Source of the DNA: a virus
Lineage: Duplodnaviria; Caudoviricetes
DNA: 64,000 nt
Virus record (IMG/VR): IMGVR_UViG_3300027819_000006
Reading direction: 5' to 3' (one strand)
Both the position numbers and the translations under genes were made by a program. Shown here piece after piece: positions 1 through 10,129 of this stretch. Under the pieces are notes generated by a model. That model saw only the letters and a program-made list of their open reading frames with translations. It was not told the DNA's origin and did no database searches. The first letter of the stretch is position 1. Each line of letters starts with the position of its first letter.

Positions 1-276
1 CCTGTAAGTTACTAACATGTTGAACTTAGCAAGTGCTATGATTGTACTGATTCTTGATCCTCCGAATACAAATTTGCTCATTATATCTTCTATAGCTATA
101 TGGTCTATAGAATGCTGCTGTTTCAAATCATTGAAAACTTTATCTACACTATCAATTTTTTCGTATACATCTTTGCATTTTGAAAGATTGATGAAATCAC
201 ATAGAAGCAAACTTCTGTTTTGATCTAAAATGCTATATCCAATAGTAAGAGTTGAGATGTCAAGACCTAATATCAA
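1..276 (-). CDS. ruvC: RuvC-like Holliday junction resolvase (3' end beyond window edge)
   Basis: Manual minus-strand translation from TTG at 276: MILGLDISTLTIGYSILD...HIAIEDIMSKF; has the RNase H-fold LGLD and IAIE catalytic motifs. Not in the ORF track. Confidence 0.8.
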   Translation of the reverse strand, partial: MILGLDISTLTIGYSILDQNRSLLLCDFINLSKCKDVYEKIDSVDKVFNDLKQQHSIDHIAIEDIMSKFVFGGSRISTIIALAKFNMLVTYR

Positions 277-944
277 ACTATTCTCCACACTAAATCCTCT
301 TCTCCATTCCAAATTCTTACAATTCTATATCCATTTCTTTTTGCTAAATTGTTTTTATATATGTCATTATCAGTTCCGAATGGATAATTATGATAATATT
401 TTCCATCTACTTCCACCAACATGTTAAAATCTGGTAGATAAAAATCAAATGTTCTTGTTTCTATTCTTTTTTGTTTAACATAGTTAATATTGCTCTCTAT
501 CAATATAGATTCTACTTTTAATTCTGGTTTAGTGTCACAAAATTTTGCAGGTATTTTTCTATTACCATTTTCATAACTTTTTTTATTTCCTTCTGATATA
601 TTTTTTTTCCCTTGCTCAGATACTTTTCTACCCTTAGTTTTAATAGACATGTTCTTTTTTTGTTCATCTGTCCATTTATTTCCATAATTAGAATTTTTAT
701 CTCCAGTTCTAAGTTTAGCTGCTTTTGAAAGTTTCTTTATGCTTTCTTCTGAAAAGGTCCTTCCATAAAAAGAATTTTTATCTCCAGTTCTAAGCTTTAG
801 AGCTTTGATCTTACCTTCTCTACCACATTCTTTAGAACAATATTTTTTAAATATATTTTCATAACATTTAGCATATTTGCAATATACTATAAATTCTAAA
901 TTACAATTGGCACATATAAAGCTTTTAGGTATTAATACTCTCAT
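273..944 (-). CDS. Homing-type endonuclease, Zn-ribbon + NUMOD3 repeats + Vsr/DUF559 catalytic domain
   Basis: Repeated KLRTGDKNSxYG motifs; TKPE..V, FDFYLPD, LVEVDGKYYH, YRIVRIW. Confidence 0.85.
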   Translation of the reverse strand: MRVLIPKSFICANCNLEFIVYCKYAKCYENIFKKYCSKECGREGKIKALKLRTGDKNSFYGRTFSEESIKKLSKAAKLRTGDKNSNYGNKWTDEQKKNMSIKTKGRKVSEQGKKNISEGNKKSYENGNRKIPAKFCDTKPELKVESILIESNINYVKQKRIETRTFDFYLPDFNMLVEVDGKYYHNYPFGTDNDIYKNNLAKRNGYRIVRIWNGEEDLVWRIV

Positions 945-1026
945 TCTATTCTCCTTTTATAATAAATATAAAGAGAGAATAGAAAATTACATCAAGTTAA
1001 ATACATCCATCCCACAAACTAAAATA

Positions 1027-1476
1027 TCATTCCTCCTCTATTTTCATCTTCACTATGTCAGAAGATTTAAAGAAAGAAGCGACTGGAGGCTCTTGTTTTT
1101 TAACTAAAGATGGATTTGACATTTCAATAAGTCTTTTAGGTCCAACACCTCTTTCATTTAGAATTCTCATTAAATCAGATTCTTTTGTAGATTCATCTTT
1201 TTCATCATCAGATGAAATATCTAATATCTTGGGTATTGTACCTAATAGTTTTGTAATGTTGTCTGTAGCTTTTTGTGCAATCTCAAGATATGAAGCGGGT
1301 TTATCTCCATTCATAAATAGACCCTCATCATCATCAATCATAGCTTTATATTCTTTAAAAGTACTTAAAGCTTCATTTCTTTCTTCTAGAGCATTTGTTA
1401 CTACTATCTTAAATATATCTTCTAGTGTTACATCTCCATAGAGCTTAATACTCTTTACTTCTTCTACATTGTTCAA
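1027..1476 (-). CDS. hypothetical protein
   Basis: 149-aa ORF with a GGAG RBS, in a co-directional operon. Confidence 0.65.
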   Translation of the reverse strand: MNNVEEVKSIKLYGDVTLEDIFKIVVTNALEERNEALSTFKEYKAMIDDDEGLFMNGDKPASYLEIAQKATDNITKLLGTIPKILDISSDDEKDESTKESDLMRILNERGVGPKRLIEMSNPSLVKKQEPPVASFFKSSDIVKMKIEEE

Positions 1477-1491
1477 AATACTTCTCCGATT

Positions 1492-1797
1492 TTAATTTTC
1501 TTCATTTTCAATGTCATAATTCTCATTGACATTTTTAAGATAACCATTAATTTCTGCTAATCTATGAACAAAATCTTGTATGACTGGGTCATTGCTATAT
1601 ATTTCTCTGCTAAGTAAATCATTACAAGCAATTCTAAAATCTCTAAACATTGGAATAAGAGAATCTAAATTTAATTCTCTTTCTTGTGAATAGTTTAGAG
1701 ATCTATTCAGAAGAATACCAAGTAGAGTATTAATTCCAATACTTATTATCAGACAAATAATTAGAATGATCATGTTTTCTCCACAAACGTTATCCAA
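1492..1797 (-). CDS. hypothetical protein with N-terminal transmembrane helix
   Basis: Hydrophobic IIILIICLIISIGINTLLGILL stretch. Confidence 0.6.
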   Translation of the reverse strand: MDNVCGENMIILIICLIISIGINTLLGILLNRSLNYSQERELNLDSLIPMFRDFRIACNDLLSREIYSNDPVIQDFVHRLAEINGYLKNVNENYDIENEEN

Positions 1798-2411
1798 GAA
1801 TCAGTGAAACTCAATAATCTATATAATTTATTCTTAGAATATAAAACTTCTTTATTTTGATTTTCTGGAACATAAAGTCCATCATGATGTAAAATGCTAT
1901 CATATTCTTGATTTGATAACTTTACACTACTCTGCATCAATATTCTAACACTTCTCTGAGCATGAGTAAGTCCATCTTTCAGTTCTTCATTCCATTTATA
2001 CATCTCTCCAAGTTTATTTCTTCTCCACTCATCATCCTGGACTATGTATTGAGGAACTCCGTCTAGAGTTCCTATCTTGCCAATATCATGAAATAGTCCA
2101 CATAATATAAGACTACTTTTTGAAACATCTTCATCATCTATAGATAGAGCAGAATGCATTTTCATCAAAAGTTTAGTCTGCTCTACTGAATGCATAACCA
2201 ACCCGCCAGGATATGCTCCATGATAATCTTCTTTTGTAGAAGCTGGACATGAAAAATATCTGTCTCCAATAGATTCTAGCATTGCTTCAACTGATTCTTT
2301 TCTGTCATCTAGCATAGAAATCAGTCCATATGTAGCATTAACGTATTTCTCTACATCAATTTTCATGTTTCTCTTTCTTTCTTTATCTATATATTTTTTG
2401 AAATCTGACAT
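1770..2411 (-). CDS. HD-domain phosphohydrolase (YhaM-like)
   Basis: YHGAYPGGLVMHS, LFHDIGK and ILHHDG motifs. Confidence 0.8.
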   Translation of the reverse strand: MSDFKKYIDKERKRNMKIDVEKYVNATYGLISMLDDRKESVEAMLESIGDRYFSCPASTKEDYHGAYPGGLVMHSVEQTKLLMKMHSALSIDDEDVSKSSLILCGLFHDIGKIGTLDGVPQYIVQDDEWRRNKLGEMYKWNEELKDGLTHAQRSVRILMQSSVKLSNQEYDSILHHDGLYVPENQNKEVLYSKNKLYRLLSFTDSWITFVEKT

Positions 2412-2415
2412 ATAG

Positions 2416-3024
2416 TTATTTTTCTAAGAATAGATTACACTGATGAATTTCAAAAGCTTGTTTGCATGTGTTTTTACATGTCTTGCATAGCTTTGCTTCT
2501 TTTATCCAGAAATAATAGTTTGATACTTCTTCTAGTACTTTGTTATAATCTATCTCTGTAAATTCATCTGAAACTTTGAGTCTATATATTAGCTTCCATC
2601 CAGTATCTGTTTTCTCTAATATATCTCCAACGTTGAAACTTATATTTTCTTCTGCAAGTTCACTTTTTGATAATCTGTAGAATGTCTCATTTAAAAAGTC
2701 TAATAAGATATAACCTCTTTTTATTGGCACATTGAAAAAGAAGTCAGAAACTTTAATGCATAGAAGAGTAGTCTTTATGTCAAATTTTTTATACTCTAAA
2801 TAGATAGGTTTCAAATTAGTGTTCTTTGAATCACGTTTCTGTTCATTTATGATTTCTTTATGAGCACTTTTAAATTTAGAGACTACACTTTTAACATTTT
2901 CTGTAAAAAATCCACTTCTCAGACTATAAAAATGACTCTTGACAGCTTTGTTTTTTGAATCTACTGGATGCACATCTATTAATTCTAATCTATCCACCAG
3001 TGTGGTACTGTTCTTCTTGTCCAT
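2416..3024 (-). CDS. hypothetical protein
   Basis: 202-aa ORF with C-terminal CxxCxxxC. Confidence 0.6.
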   Translation of the reverse strand: MDKKNSTTLVDRLELIDVHPVDSKNKAVKSHFYSLRSGFFTENVKSVVSKFKSAHKEIINEQKRDSKNTNLKPIYLEYKKFDIKTTLLCIKVSDFFFNVPIKRGYILLDFLNETFYRLSKSELAEENISFNVGDILEKTDTGWKLIYRLKVSDEFTEIDYNKVLEEVSNYYFWIKEAKLCKTCKNTCKQAFEIHQCNLFLEK

Positions 3025-3455
3025 TTTGCTAAATGTCTCTTTTCTTTGTTGTAGTAGTTTCTATATGATTCAACAGCATTTTCTGTTTTGCAATAATCAG
3101 GCATGCATAGAGGAACAGATGTTAGCTCTTCTGAATCAAATTTCAGCAAACGTTTGTTGCTATCAACCCATTCTAATATTTTAGAACAAGCATGAATCTT
3201 GCCATATCTAAAAGTGTATTCATAACATATGTTCTGTGCTAATTTTAACAATAGATTAAAATTTTTTAAACTGTGTCTACACCATTTAGAGCAAGGATGA
3301 TTTTTATGTACTAATTTGTATGGAGCTTCTAAATTCTGCAACCAGAAAGCTGAGCATAACATCTGACAACTTTCAATCTGCATTTTAAGAATGTGGCGGT
3401 CAACATAGAATCTGACCGCCAATTCAGGATTTTCATCTAGATAGAATACATTCAT
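2985..3455 (-). CDS. Pyrimidine-dimer DNA glycosylase / endonuclease V-like protein
   Basis: MNVFYLD..P, KMQIESCQMLCSA, HKNHPCSKW and YRNYY motifs typical of the phage family. Confidence 0.65.
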   Translation of the reverse strand: MNVFYLDENPELAVRFYVDRHILKMQIESCQMLCSAFWLQNLEAPYKLVHKNHPCSKWCRHSLKNFNLLLKLAQNICYEYTFRYGKIHACSKILEWVDSNKRLLKFDSEELTSVPLCMPDYCKTENAVESYRNYYNKEKRHLAKWTRRTVPHWWID

Positions 3456-3459
3456 CTGT

Positions 3460-4257
3460 TTAGAATCTTACTTTAAATCCATTACCATAGAATTGAATCT
3501 TATCATCATGCTTCTTATGTCCAAAAATCAGAGCATCAACAATATTCATTGCATAGATGCCCGCTGCCACATAAGTAGCTCCTCTGCGATAAGTCTTCCA
3601 ATCCTGTCCCTTGAAATTATTTTTCTCAAGTACATAGCAAGTGCCTGCTGCTAGACCTGCAAGAGTTGCTGTAGTTGCATAGAATACTCCTGGTCCAACT
3701 CTACCCTGTCTGATCTGTCCCCATCCAGGATATACAGCACTATGGACAACTGCATCGAATCGATATGCAATTCCCTTGCCTACACTTGCAATAAGAGAGG
3801 GACTATTCTTCTGCTTCTTAAATAGAATATAGTAATGCTGAGCAGCCTTTCCATTCTGAGCAGAAACTTCTGTATAATCAGCAACAAAAGCCAACCCATT
3901 CAATTTTGCTGCATTAAATACGACTGTAGCTTCTGTGGCAAGACTCTCTGCTTGAGCAGTAACTTTTACATAGTCTACAAGATTATCAGTCGATCCTTGC
4001 TGTGTTGCCATAATATATTTACGTACAGCATCTACACGAGCTTTCAGCTTTGCTTGCTCATAATTGACATCAATTGCATCTCCTTTATAATAGTCAAAAT
4101 AATCACTATTGGGAAGTGCATAAACCCATTTAGGAGCTGTAATTACATTAACTACTGTATTTTGATTTTGCTGAAAATTGTAATATGGTTGAGCATCTGT
4201 CTTTGAAGAAACAAAAACTGTCAGCATAAGTGCTGATGCAACAATAAACTTTTTCAT
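3460..4257 (-). CDS. Secreted/membrane protein
   Basis: Signal peptide MKKFIVASALMLTVFVSS; SAVYPGWGQ followed by hydrophobic helices. Confidence 0.6.
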   Translation of the reverse strand: MKKFIVASALMLTVFVSSKTDAQPYYNFQQNQNTVVNVITAPKWVYALPNSDYFDYYKGDAIDVNYEQAKLKARVDAVRKYIMATQQGSTDNLVDYVKVTAQAESLATEATVVFNAAKLNGLAFVADYTEVSAQNGKAAQHYYILFKKQKNSPSLIASVGKGIAYRFDAVVHSAVYPGWGQIRQGRVGPGVFYATTATLAGLAAGTCYVLEKNNFKGQDWKTYRRGATYVAAGIYAMNIVDALIFGHKKHDDKIQFYGNGFKVRF

Positions 4258-4269
4258 CTGAATTCTCCT

Positions 4270-4941
4270 TTAGCGTTTTAATCGTTTCTCAACTATGTCA
4301 TTACGCTTCTTTTTATATTCTTCAGGCATAATTTCATCTTCTGCATTTTCATCTAGCAATTCATCTTCTAATTTTACTGCTTCTTTACCTATTGCATCAG
4401 ACCATAGATCTTTATATTTTAACTTTAAGCATTCTATTTCTAATGCCAATTCTTTTTTTTCTTTCTGTCTGTTTTTGTTTGTTTGTTTCAGTAACCTTTT
4501 CTTTTCGCACTCTTCCTCCTTTCTAAGATCATTTAATGCTTGACACCTGTCTAAATCTAATTTAAGAACTTCTATTGTAGCATCATCGTCTAAAAATAAA
4601 CATTTAGTTGTTGCATATCTATCTTTACTATATTTTCTATATAGAAAAACATCATAACAAGAACTTCTATTATTTATAACTGATAGAAATTGATAAAAAT
4701 CATTTTTAGTAATCTTAAATTTATATAATTCATGGCTAATCAAAAAATTTACGTTTCTGTCGGAGAAAATATCTAGCTCTACATAGTGGGCTAAACATTT
4801 CTTCCAATTTTTACCACCATAAAATCTGTTTACAATTCCAACTTTTGCTATTGAACCTGTAACATAGTCACCAAATTCTAGCTGAGCAATTTTATGTTTA
4901 ATAGAATGATCTATAATCTCGTTAGTATAGAGCCATTTCAT
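4270..4941 (-). CDS. hypothetical protein
   Basis: 223-aa ORF with charged C-terminus, downstream of a predicted promoter. Confidence 0.6.
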   Translation of the reverse strand: MKWLYTNEIIDHSIKHKIAQLEFGDYVTGSIAKVGIVNRFYGGKNWKKCLAHYVELDIFSDRNVNFLISHELYKFKITKNDFYQFLSVINNRSSCYDVFLYRKYSKDRYATTKCLFLDDDATIEVLKLDLDRCQALNDLRKEEECEKKRLLKQTNKNRQKEKKELALEIECLKLKYKDLWSDAIGKEAVKLEDELLDENAEDEIMPEEYKKKRNDIVEKRLKR

Positions 4942-4973
4942 GAGTTATATCAACCTTTCTTTTTATATAGTTA

Positions 4974-5002
4974 AATATAAACAATCTATGTTATAAAGTA
5001 AA
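4974..5002 (-). promoter_or_regulatory. sigma70-like early promoter
   Basis: Minus strand TTTACT-17 nt-TATATT; the same motif recurs 7 times in the window. Confidence 0.75.
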
Positions 5003-5005
5003 CAA

Positions 5006-6139
5006 TTATTTCACAATTATACCAATATTTTTTATATAATCATATCCATGATCAAGTAGCCATTTTTTCATCTTTTTACTTACCCATATTTCTGATATTG
5101 TGGCTGATAGCTTTCCTGTATCTACTATAACTTCATTTTGCCCATGAAACTGAAATTGTTTCTTAGTTTCATAACTCAATTCTGTAAAATCTATTATAAC
5201 TTGTTCTGGTTTTATACTTGTGCACACTAAAAAATTTATAGAATTTAAAGACATAGTGAATGTTTTTGCTATTTGTGGTGTAGTGCTCCAAGAAGATTCT
5301 TTACCTCTAGATAATAATATTTTGTTGCCGACATAAATATCTTCTATATTTTTTAATCCTATATATTTTTTTATTTTTTTTAAAATATATTCTATAGTAG
5401 CTTCTTCGTAACTTACTATATCATCAATATCTAATCCGAATCCTCTATATATTTTTTTTGATTCATATTGCTTTGATAAATTTGTTTTAAGCCACTCTTT
5501 TACACCTTTATTCATTTTTACTTCTGCACTGTTTGTATATTTTTTCAATTCATCCACTACAAATTTAGGGAATTCTATATCTATATTTGAATCTTTTGAA
5601 AATCTTTTTAGCATCCCATCTATTAAAGTTAAATTGTTTTTTATTTTTTCAAAATCAGCCCACATAGTAGGATGCTCATCATTTATTGTTTTGTAATTTA
5701 TAAATCCATCATAATAATTTAAAAATTCTTCAGAAATTCTTTGCATAATTTCATTTGTAATATTTAAATTTCCCATTTTGAGTTTTTCATATATATATGT
5801 TATCAGTGATTCATTGTCTATATCGAGATTATAATATGATTTTATATTTTCAGACTCTATTATGTTTTTGTTTAAAGCATTTCTAAATTCTCTAATATTT
5901 TTTATGTCGAATAAATTCAAGATTTTATCAGATTTATAAATAAAATTATATGATGGTCTAGCCATTGAAAAACTAGCAATATTTTTTTTAAAAGACATAT
6001 AATCTTTTTTGTCCACTATTTGTATATATTTTCCTAATTCTAGTTCATAATTCTGTAAATTATCAATTGATGATTTTAAATAAATATATGAATATCCAAT
6101 TTGGTGTTCTATCAATAGTTGTTTTAATCTCAATTTCAA
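5006..6139 (-). CDS. Putative ADP-ribosyltransferase-fold protein (R-S-E type)
   Basis: IYRG ... ESSWSTTPQIAKTF ... QNEVIV in the expected order and spacing. Confidence 0.5.
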   Translation of the reverse strand: MKLRLKQLLIEHQIGYSYIYLKSSIDNLQNYELELGKYIQIVDKKDYMSFKKNIASFSMARPSYNFIYKSDKILNLFDIKNIREFRNALNKNIIESENIKSYYNLDIDNESLITYIYEKLKMGNLNITNEIMQRISEEFLNYYDGFINYKTINDEHPTMWADFEKIKNNLTLIDGMLKRFSKDSNIDIEFPKFVVDELKKYTNSAEVKMNKGVKEWLKTNLSKQYESKKIYRGFGLDIDDIVSYEEATIEYILKKIKKYIGLKNIEDIYVGNKILLSRGKESSWSTTPQIAKTFTMSLNSINFLVCTSIKPEQVIIDFTELSYETKKQFQFHGQNEVIVDTGKLSATISEIWVSKKMKKWLLDHGYDYIKNIGIIVK

Positions 6140-6166
6140 TTTTCTCCATTAAAAATTATATTCGTA

Positions 6167-6388
6167 TTAAACATGTTCATCTACATTAGTTTTAATAGAA
6201 TTCATACTTGCTAATTTTTCATTGACCATCTCTAATTCTTGTCCATAATTGTTTAATTGTATTACAAGTTTCTTGACAAGATTTTCTGTTTCTACTACTC
6301 GTTTATGTAGAGCAATCAGAACCTCTGTGGGTTCAACTTCATCTGGTCGTATACCATATTTGTTAATTAGCATTATTTTCTTCAACAT
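6167..6388 (-). CDS. hypothetical coiled-coil protein
   Basis: 73-aa ORF, co-directional. Confidence 0.5.
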   Translation of the reverse strand: MLKKIMLINKYGIRPDEVEPTEVLIALHKRVVETENLVKKLVIQLNNYGQELEMVNEKLASMNSIKTNVDEHV

Positions 6389-6857
6389 CCTTTGCTACGA
6401 TTGTTAATTTTTTAGTATTCTTTGTCATCATATCTATAGTACTCAGTTTACTATTTCTTACTTTTTCATTTCTATGCAGTATAACAGAATCTATGCTATA
6501 AGTTCTTGAAGCACCATTTGGATCAACTACAGTTACAGCTTTATCACTTACTCCCATCAACTTAAAATAGTCATTATTCTTGTATCCAGCTACTTCTAAT
6601 ATTGCTCCAACATCTTCTAGTTTTGGAGTCAGCTCTTTTGGATAATCTTTATATACTTCAAATTTTCTGCCATACAGCCATTCTTTTTCAATAGTTTCTA
6701 GTTTGCCATATTTGACAGTTTTGTGAAATTTACTCTGTCTTTTCTTTCTGGTTTTTTTAGATGCAGTATCAGTTTTTACAACTTCTTCATTAGCTGCAGT
6801 AACAACTTCTTTTGCTTTATTTTTAGATTTATTTTTGCCACCTTTTCTTCTACCCAT
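6363..6857 (-). CDS. hypothetical basic protein
   Basis: 164-aa ORF with Lys/Arg-rich N-terminus and a GGAG RBS. Confidence 0.6.
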   Translation of the reverse strand: MGRRKGGKNKSKNKAKEVVTAANEEVVKTDTASKKTRKKRQSKFHKTVKYGKLETIEKEWLYGRKFEVYKDYPKELTPKLEDVGAILEVAGYKNNDYFKLMGVSDKAVTVVDPNGASRTYSIDSVILHRNEKVRNSKLSTIDMMTKNTKKLTIVAKDVEENNAN

Positions 6858-7236
6858 CTAGTTCTCCTTTGGGTTCATTGATGACAAAATTGAATTTATA
6901 GCCTTCAGATTCTGTTTTAATGATCTGTATATCAAATTGAGCTAATAGATTCATCAAATTGCCTTTGCAACCTTCCCACATAATATACAAAAGTCTGTTG
7001 AATTCAGAATTGTCTTCATCTTTATTCGACAGACTTATGATATTTGATATGATTAAACAACTTTTATAGACATCAGAATTTACTAACTCTTCTTCTGACA
7101 TCTTTTCATCTATTTTGTTTCTTAATACATCATAATAATTGTTTAAACGTGCTCTGATTAGATTCAATCTACTGTTTAGAGTATCTTCGGATATATCTAT
7201 CAGATTGTCTAATTCTTGTTCGAGATCTTCTTCCAC
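6850..7236 (-). CDS. hypothetical protein
   Basis: 128-aa acidic ORF. Confidence 0.55.
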   Translation of the reverse strand: MEEDLEQELDNLIDISEDTLNSRLNLIRARLNNYYDVLRNKIDEKMSEEELVNSDVYKSCLIISNIISLSNKDEDNSEFNRLLYIMWEGCKGNLMNLLAQFDIQIIKTESEGYKFNFVINEPKGELDG

Positions 7237-7344
7237 TTAAAATGATCCTTTCTATTTTTTTGAAAACTTTTAAAAGCTGAAATATGAATTCTGCTGCTAC
7301 TAACCAGTTGCTTTAAGGGAGACTGCAGCATCACAAATCAGCTT

Positions 7345-7875
7345 TTAAAAGTTCTCATTATTCTCGATTCCATCATGCACCTCGTATTGTTTAGTCTCCT
7401 TATTGAATACAAGATGTGTCAGTTTTTCCTCTTCATATGCATCAAAATTATTTTCGTCAGCAGAATAGTTGACAGAACTTCTCTGTAAAATGCTTCTGAT
7501 TTGTGTCAGTTTCAGAGGCACAAAAAATGTAGGCAGAGCGGGATTTATCAAAATATTATCTAAAATGCTGACAGTCTCAGGATTTAACATAGTCTGTAAA
7601 TACATCAAAGATAGATTGGCACAAACTATATGTTCACCAAAATTATTCAGTAATAGTTTTCTATTTCTGTTCATGAAAGCATGAGCTATATTGAAATCTG
7701 TAAATGCTACTATTCCATAAGAATTATTCACTCCAACAGTTAGCAGGGCTGTACCAAATAGATTGCCGATGAACCACAGCTTGTTGTTGTTCTTAGATAT
7801 TTTGTCTAATACGATTTGAGCAGATAATAATCCAGGTTTACTTTCTATTTCGTCTGTCGTCATTTTTAATATCAT
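7345..7875 (-). CDS. hypothetical protein (possibly SseB-like)
   Basis: 176-aa ORF with a VAFTD motif; family uncertain. Confidence 0.5.
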   Translation of the reverse strand: MILKMTTDEIESKPGLLSAQIVLDKISKNNNKLWFIGNLFGTALLTVGVNNSYGIVAFTDFNIAHAFMNRNRKLLLNNFGEHIVCANLSLMYLQTMLNPETVSILDNILINPALPTFFVPLKLTQIRSILQRSSVNYSADENNFDAYEEEKLTHLVFNKETKQYEVHDGIENNENF

Positions 7876-7985
7876 CTATAAAATCCTCTGTAATATTATA
7901 AATATACTACTAAGTTTTAAAAAAGTACATTTTCACAATAACATAATAACAATAAACTATAAACACTTTAGTATACATCTGTATA

Positions 7986-8942
7986 CTATTGTTTGTTTAA
8001 ACTTCTCAACACAAAATTGGTATATGGATTATGTTTTGAAATCATAATACCTATAAAACTCTTACTAATTTGTTTTTTATATTTCAATTTTGAATAACAT
8101 ATTAATAATTCTACTATATCTTCAATAAATTTATTATCATGATGCTTGAAATCAGGATTATCATTGTAATAACATAAAAATCTATTATACTGTTCAATTT
8201 CTTTTAATTCATCAATCCAAGAAATCATTTTGCTACTTTCAAAATTCATCTTATTTTGAATTGTTGTTTCTACATCATTTATTTGTTGTACTTTTTCAAA
8301 TTCTGTTTCATACAAATGTAAACTATTAACTATATGTGTATATGTTCCAATTTCTATTCCTAATTCTGTAGCAAACATCTCCTGTATCATTGTAAAATTA
8401 AACAAATCATTTGGAAATCCAAAATATATATCATTACTTCTCATGTGAGAAATCATATTAAGTTTATTATTTCTTATAAAAAATTGAAAATCAATTGTAC
8501 ATGGCACATCTTTAGTATTAATGAAATCTATTTGTGGGTCCAAAATAGTCATGACTGCTTGACGTGTGTCAATATCTTTCAATTTATTCAAAACATATTC
8601 AAATTGATCTATATTTCTATTTCTCAATCTTTTTCCATATGCACCATGTAATGTTCTGCCATTATCAGAATATTTTAACATTTTAGAATTATAGAATGTC
8701 AACATTTTTAAATCATCTTGGCCAGACACTATCCACAACCATTCTGCAATAGAAAATGCCATATTCATATTTCTAATTGTGTCATAAAATATTCTATCAT
8801 GTGGATTATTAACTATTATTGTACATGGAGATATTTCTAATGTATTCATCCCTCTTGGAGAAACTTTTTTACCATGTTCAAAAACATTGTCTATTACTTT
8901 TTTATATCCTGTAGATATTCCATCAATTTCAATAATTTTCAT
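7986..8942 (-). CDS. Thymidylate synthase-family enzyme, probable dCMP hydroxymethylase
   Basis: DTRQA, DVPCT (catalytic Cys), RSNDIYFGFPND, HIVNSLHLYE; Asp at the position of E. coli ThyA Asn177. Confidence 0.75.
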   Translation of the reverse strand: MKIIEIDGISTGYKKVIDNVFEHGKKVSPRGMNTLEISPCTIIVNNPHDRIFYDTIRNMNMAFSIAEWLWIVSGQDDLKMLTFYNSKMLKYSDNGRTLHGAYGKRLRNRNIDQFEYVLNKLKDIDTRQAVMTILDPQIDFINTKDVPCTIDFQFFIRNNKLNMISHMRSNDIYFGFPNDLFNFTMIQEMFATELGIEIGTYTHIVNSLHLYETEFEKVQQINDVETTIQNKMNFESSKMISWIDELKEIEQYNRFLCYYNDNPDFKHHDNKFIEDIVELLICYSKLKYKKQISKSFIGIMISKHNPYTNFVLRSLNKQ

Positions 8943-10129
8943 ATGTCACTTAAATTTGTTAGAATTTTATCTAATTTATTTATGACGATCTCAGAAGAAT
9001 AATTTGATAAATAGAAATTTTTTACATTTTCTATTGTACAATCATATGGATGATTAACATAATAACATATTTTTTTAACATAAGATTGTATATCTTCACA
9101 CAACCCACTATAATTATCTGGTACCATTTCTTTGTATCCTGAATGATTTGGAAGAATAACTATGTAATTAGATAATATACTTTCTGCTATAGACATAGAC
9201 CAACATCCACCATTATTTGAAAATGTAGATACAGACATGTTGCATTCTTTTAAAACTTTATTGTATTCTTCTCTAGATAAGTTATTTTTAAGAATTATTT
9301 TAATGTGTTTTGTGTCTTTTAATGGTATATCATTTCTAGATGATAATTTACCACTAACATCTGTAAATATTACTTCTATTTTATTTTCTAAAAATTGTTC
9401 TAATTCTATTAAAATGTTTAAAAATTTTTTGAAAGCATCATCATAATACCTCATTGTAGAAATTCTATGATTATATAAAATTTTAATATCTCGATTATAT
9501 CCTGAATTAAAAAGATTTTCTTCATTTATAATTGGTTGAACCGCAAACAATTTATCAAAACAACTTTCATCTTTATTTCTTAACATCAATGGAAAAGTTT
9601 TAATAAATTGTTCTTTAATTTGTAAAATTGCAAATTTAGAATTGCATAGATAAGCATCAGACAACAACAATCCTTCAAGTTGTCTAATAAAATATGGACA
9701 TCTTGCATCTATTTTTGAATATTCATATGTATCTATCCAATGATTATATGCAACTACTTTAATTTTGTCTATTAATTTTTCTTCCAACAACAATGTTTTC
9801 CAGTTATTTACTAATGTGGGATTGTTTTCAAATATAATATCAGGTTGAAATTCTATGATCATGTTTGAATATTTTTCTGAATCCCAATCATATCTAGAAC
9901 TGAATACTCTTTTATTAAAATTTGTCATAATGAATGAAACATTTTCCGCATGAACATACTTACTTCCATGTGGTATCAAAATTAGAAATTTGTATTTGTT
10001 TGGCAAATATTTATTACAACCATTAACTATATTAGTGAAAAAGTTAAAATTAGAATCATTCTCTAAAAGAAACTCATGTGTATCTTTTGATATACAACTA
10101 AGTTGAGGGTTCCACAATATTGTTTTCAT
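8939..10129 (-). CDS. GT-B fold glycosyltransferase
   Basis: Two Rossmann-like halves; ILYNHR, and WSMSIAESILSNYIVILP resembling the GT-B E-x7 signature. Confidence 0.65.
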   Translation of the reverse strand: MKTILWNPQLSCISKDTHEFLLENDSNFNFFTNIVNGCNKYLPNKYKFLILIPHGSKYVHAENVSFIMTNFNKRVFSSRYDWDSEKYSNMIIEFQPDIIFENNPTLVNNWKTLLLEEKLIDKIKVVAYNHWIDTYEYSKIDARCPYFIRQLEGLLLSDAYLCNSKFAILQIKEQFIKTFPLMLRNKDESCFDKLFAVQPIINEENLFNSGYNRDIKILYNHRISTMRYYDDAFKKFLNILIELEQFLENKIEVIFTDVSGKLSSRNDIPLKDTKHIKIILKNNLSREEYNKVLKECNMSVSTFSNNGGCWSMSIAESILSNYIVILPNHSGYKEMVPDNYSGLCEDIQSYVKKICYYVNHPYDCTIENVKNFYLSNYSSEIVINKLDKILTNLSDI

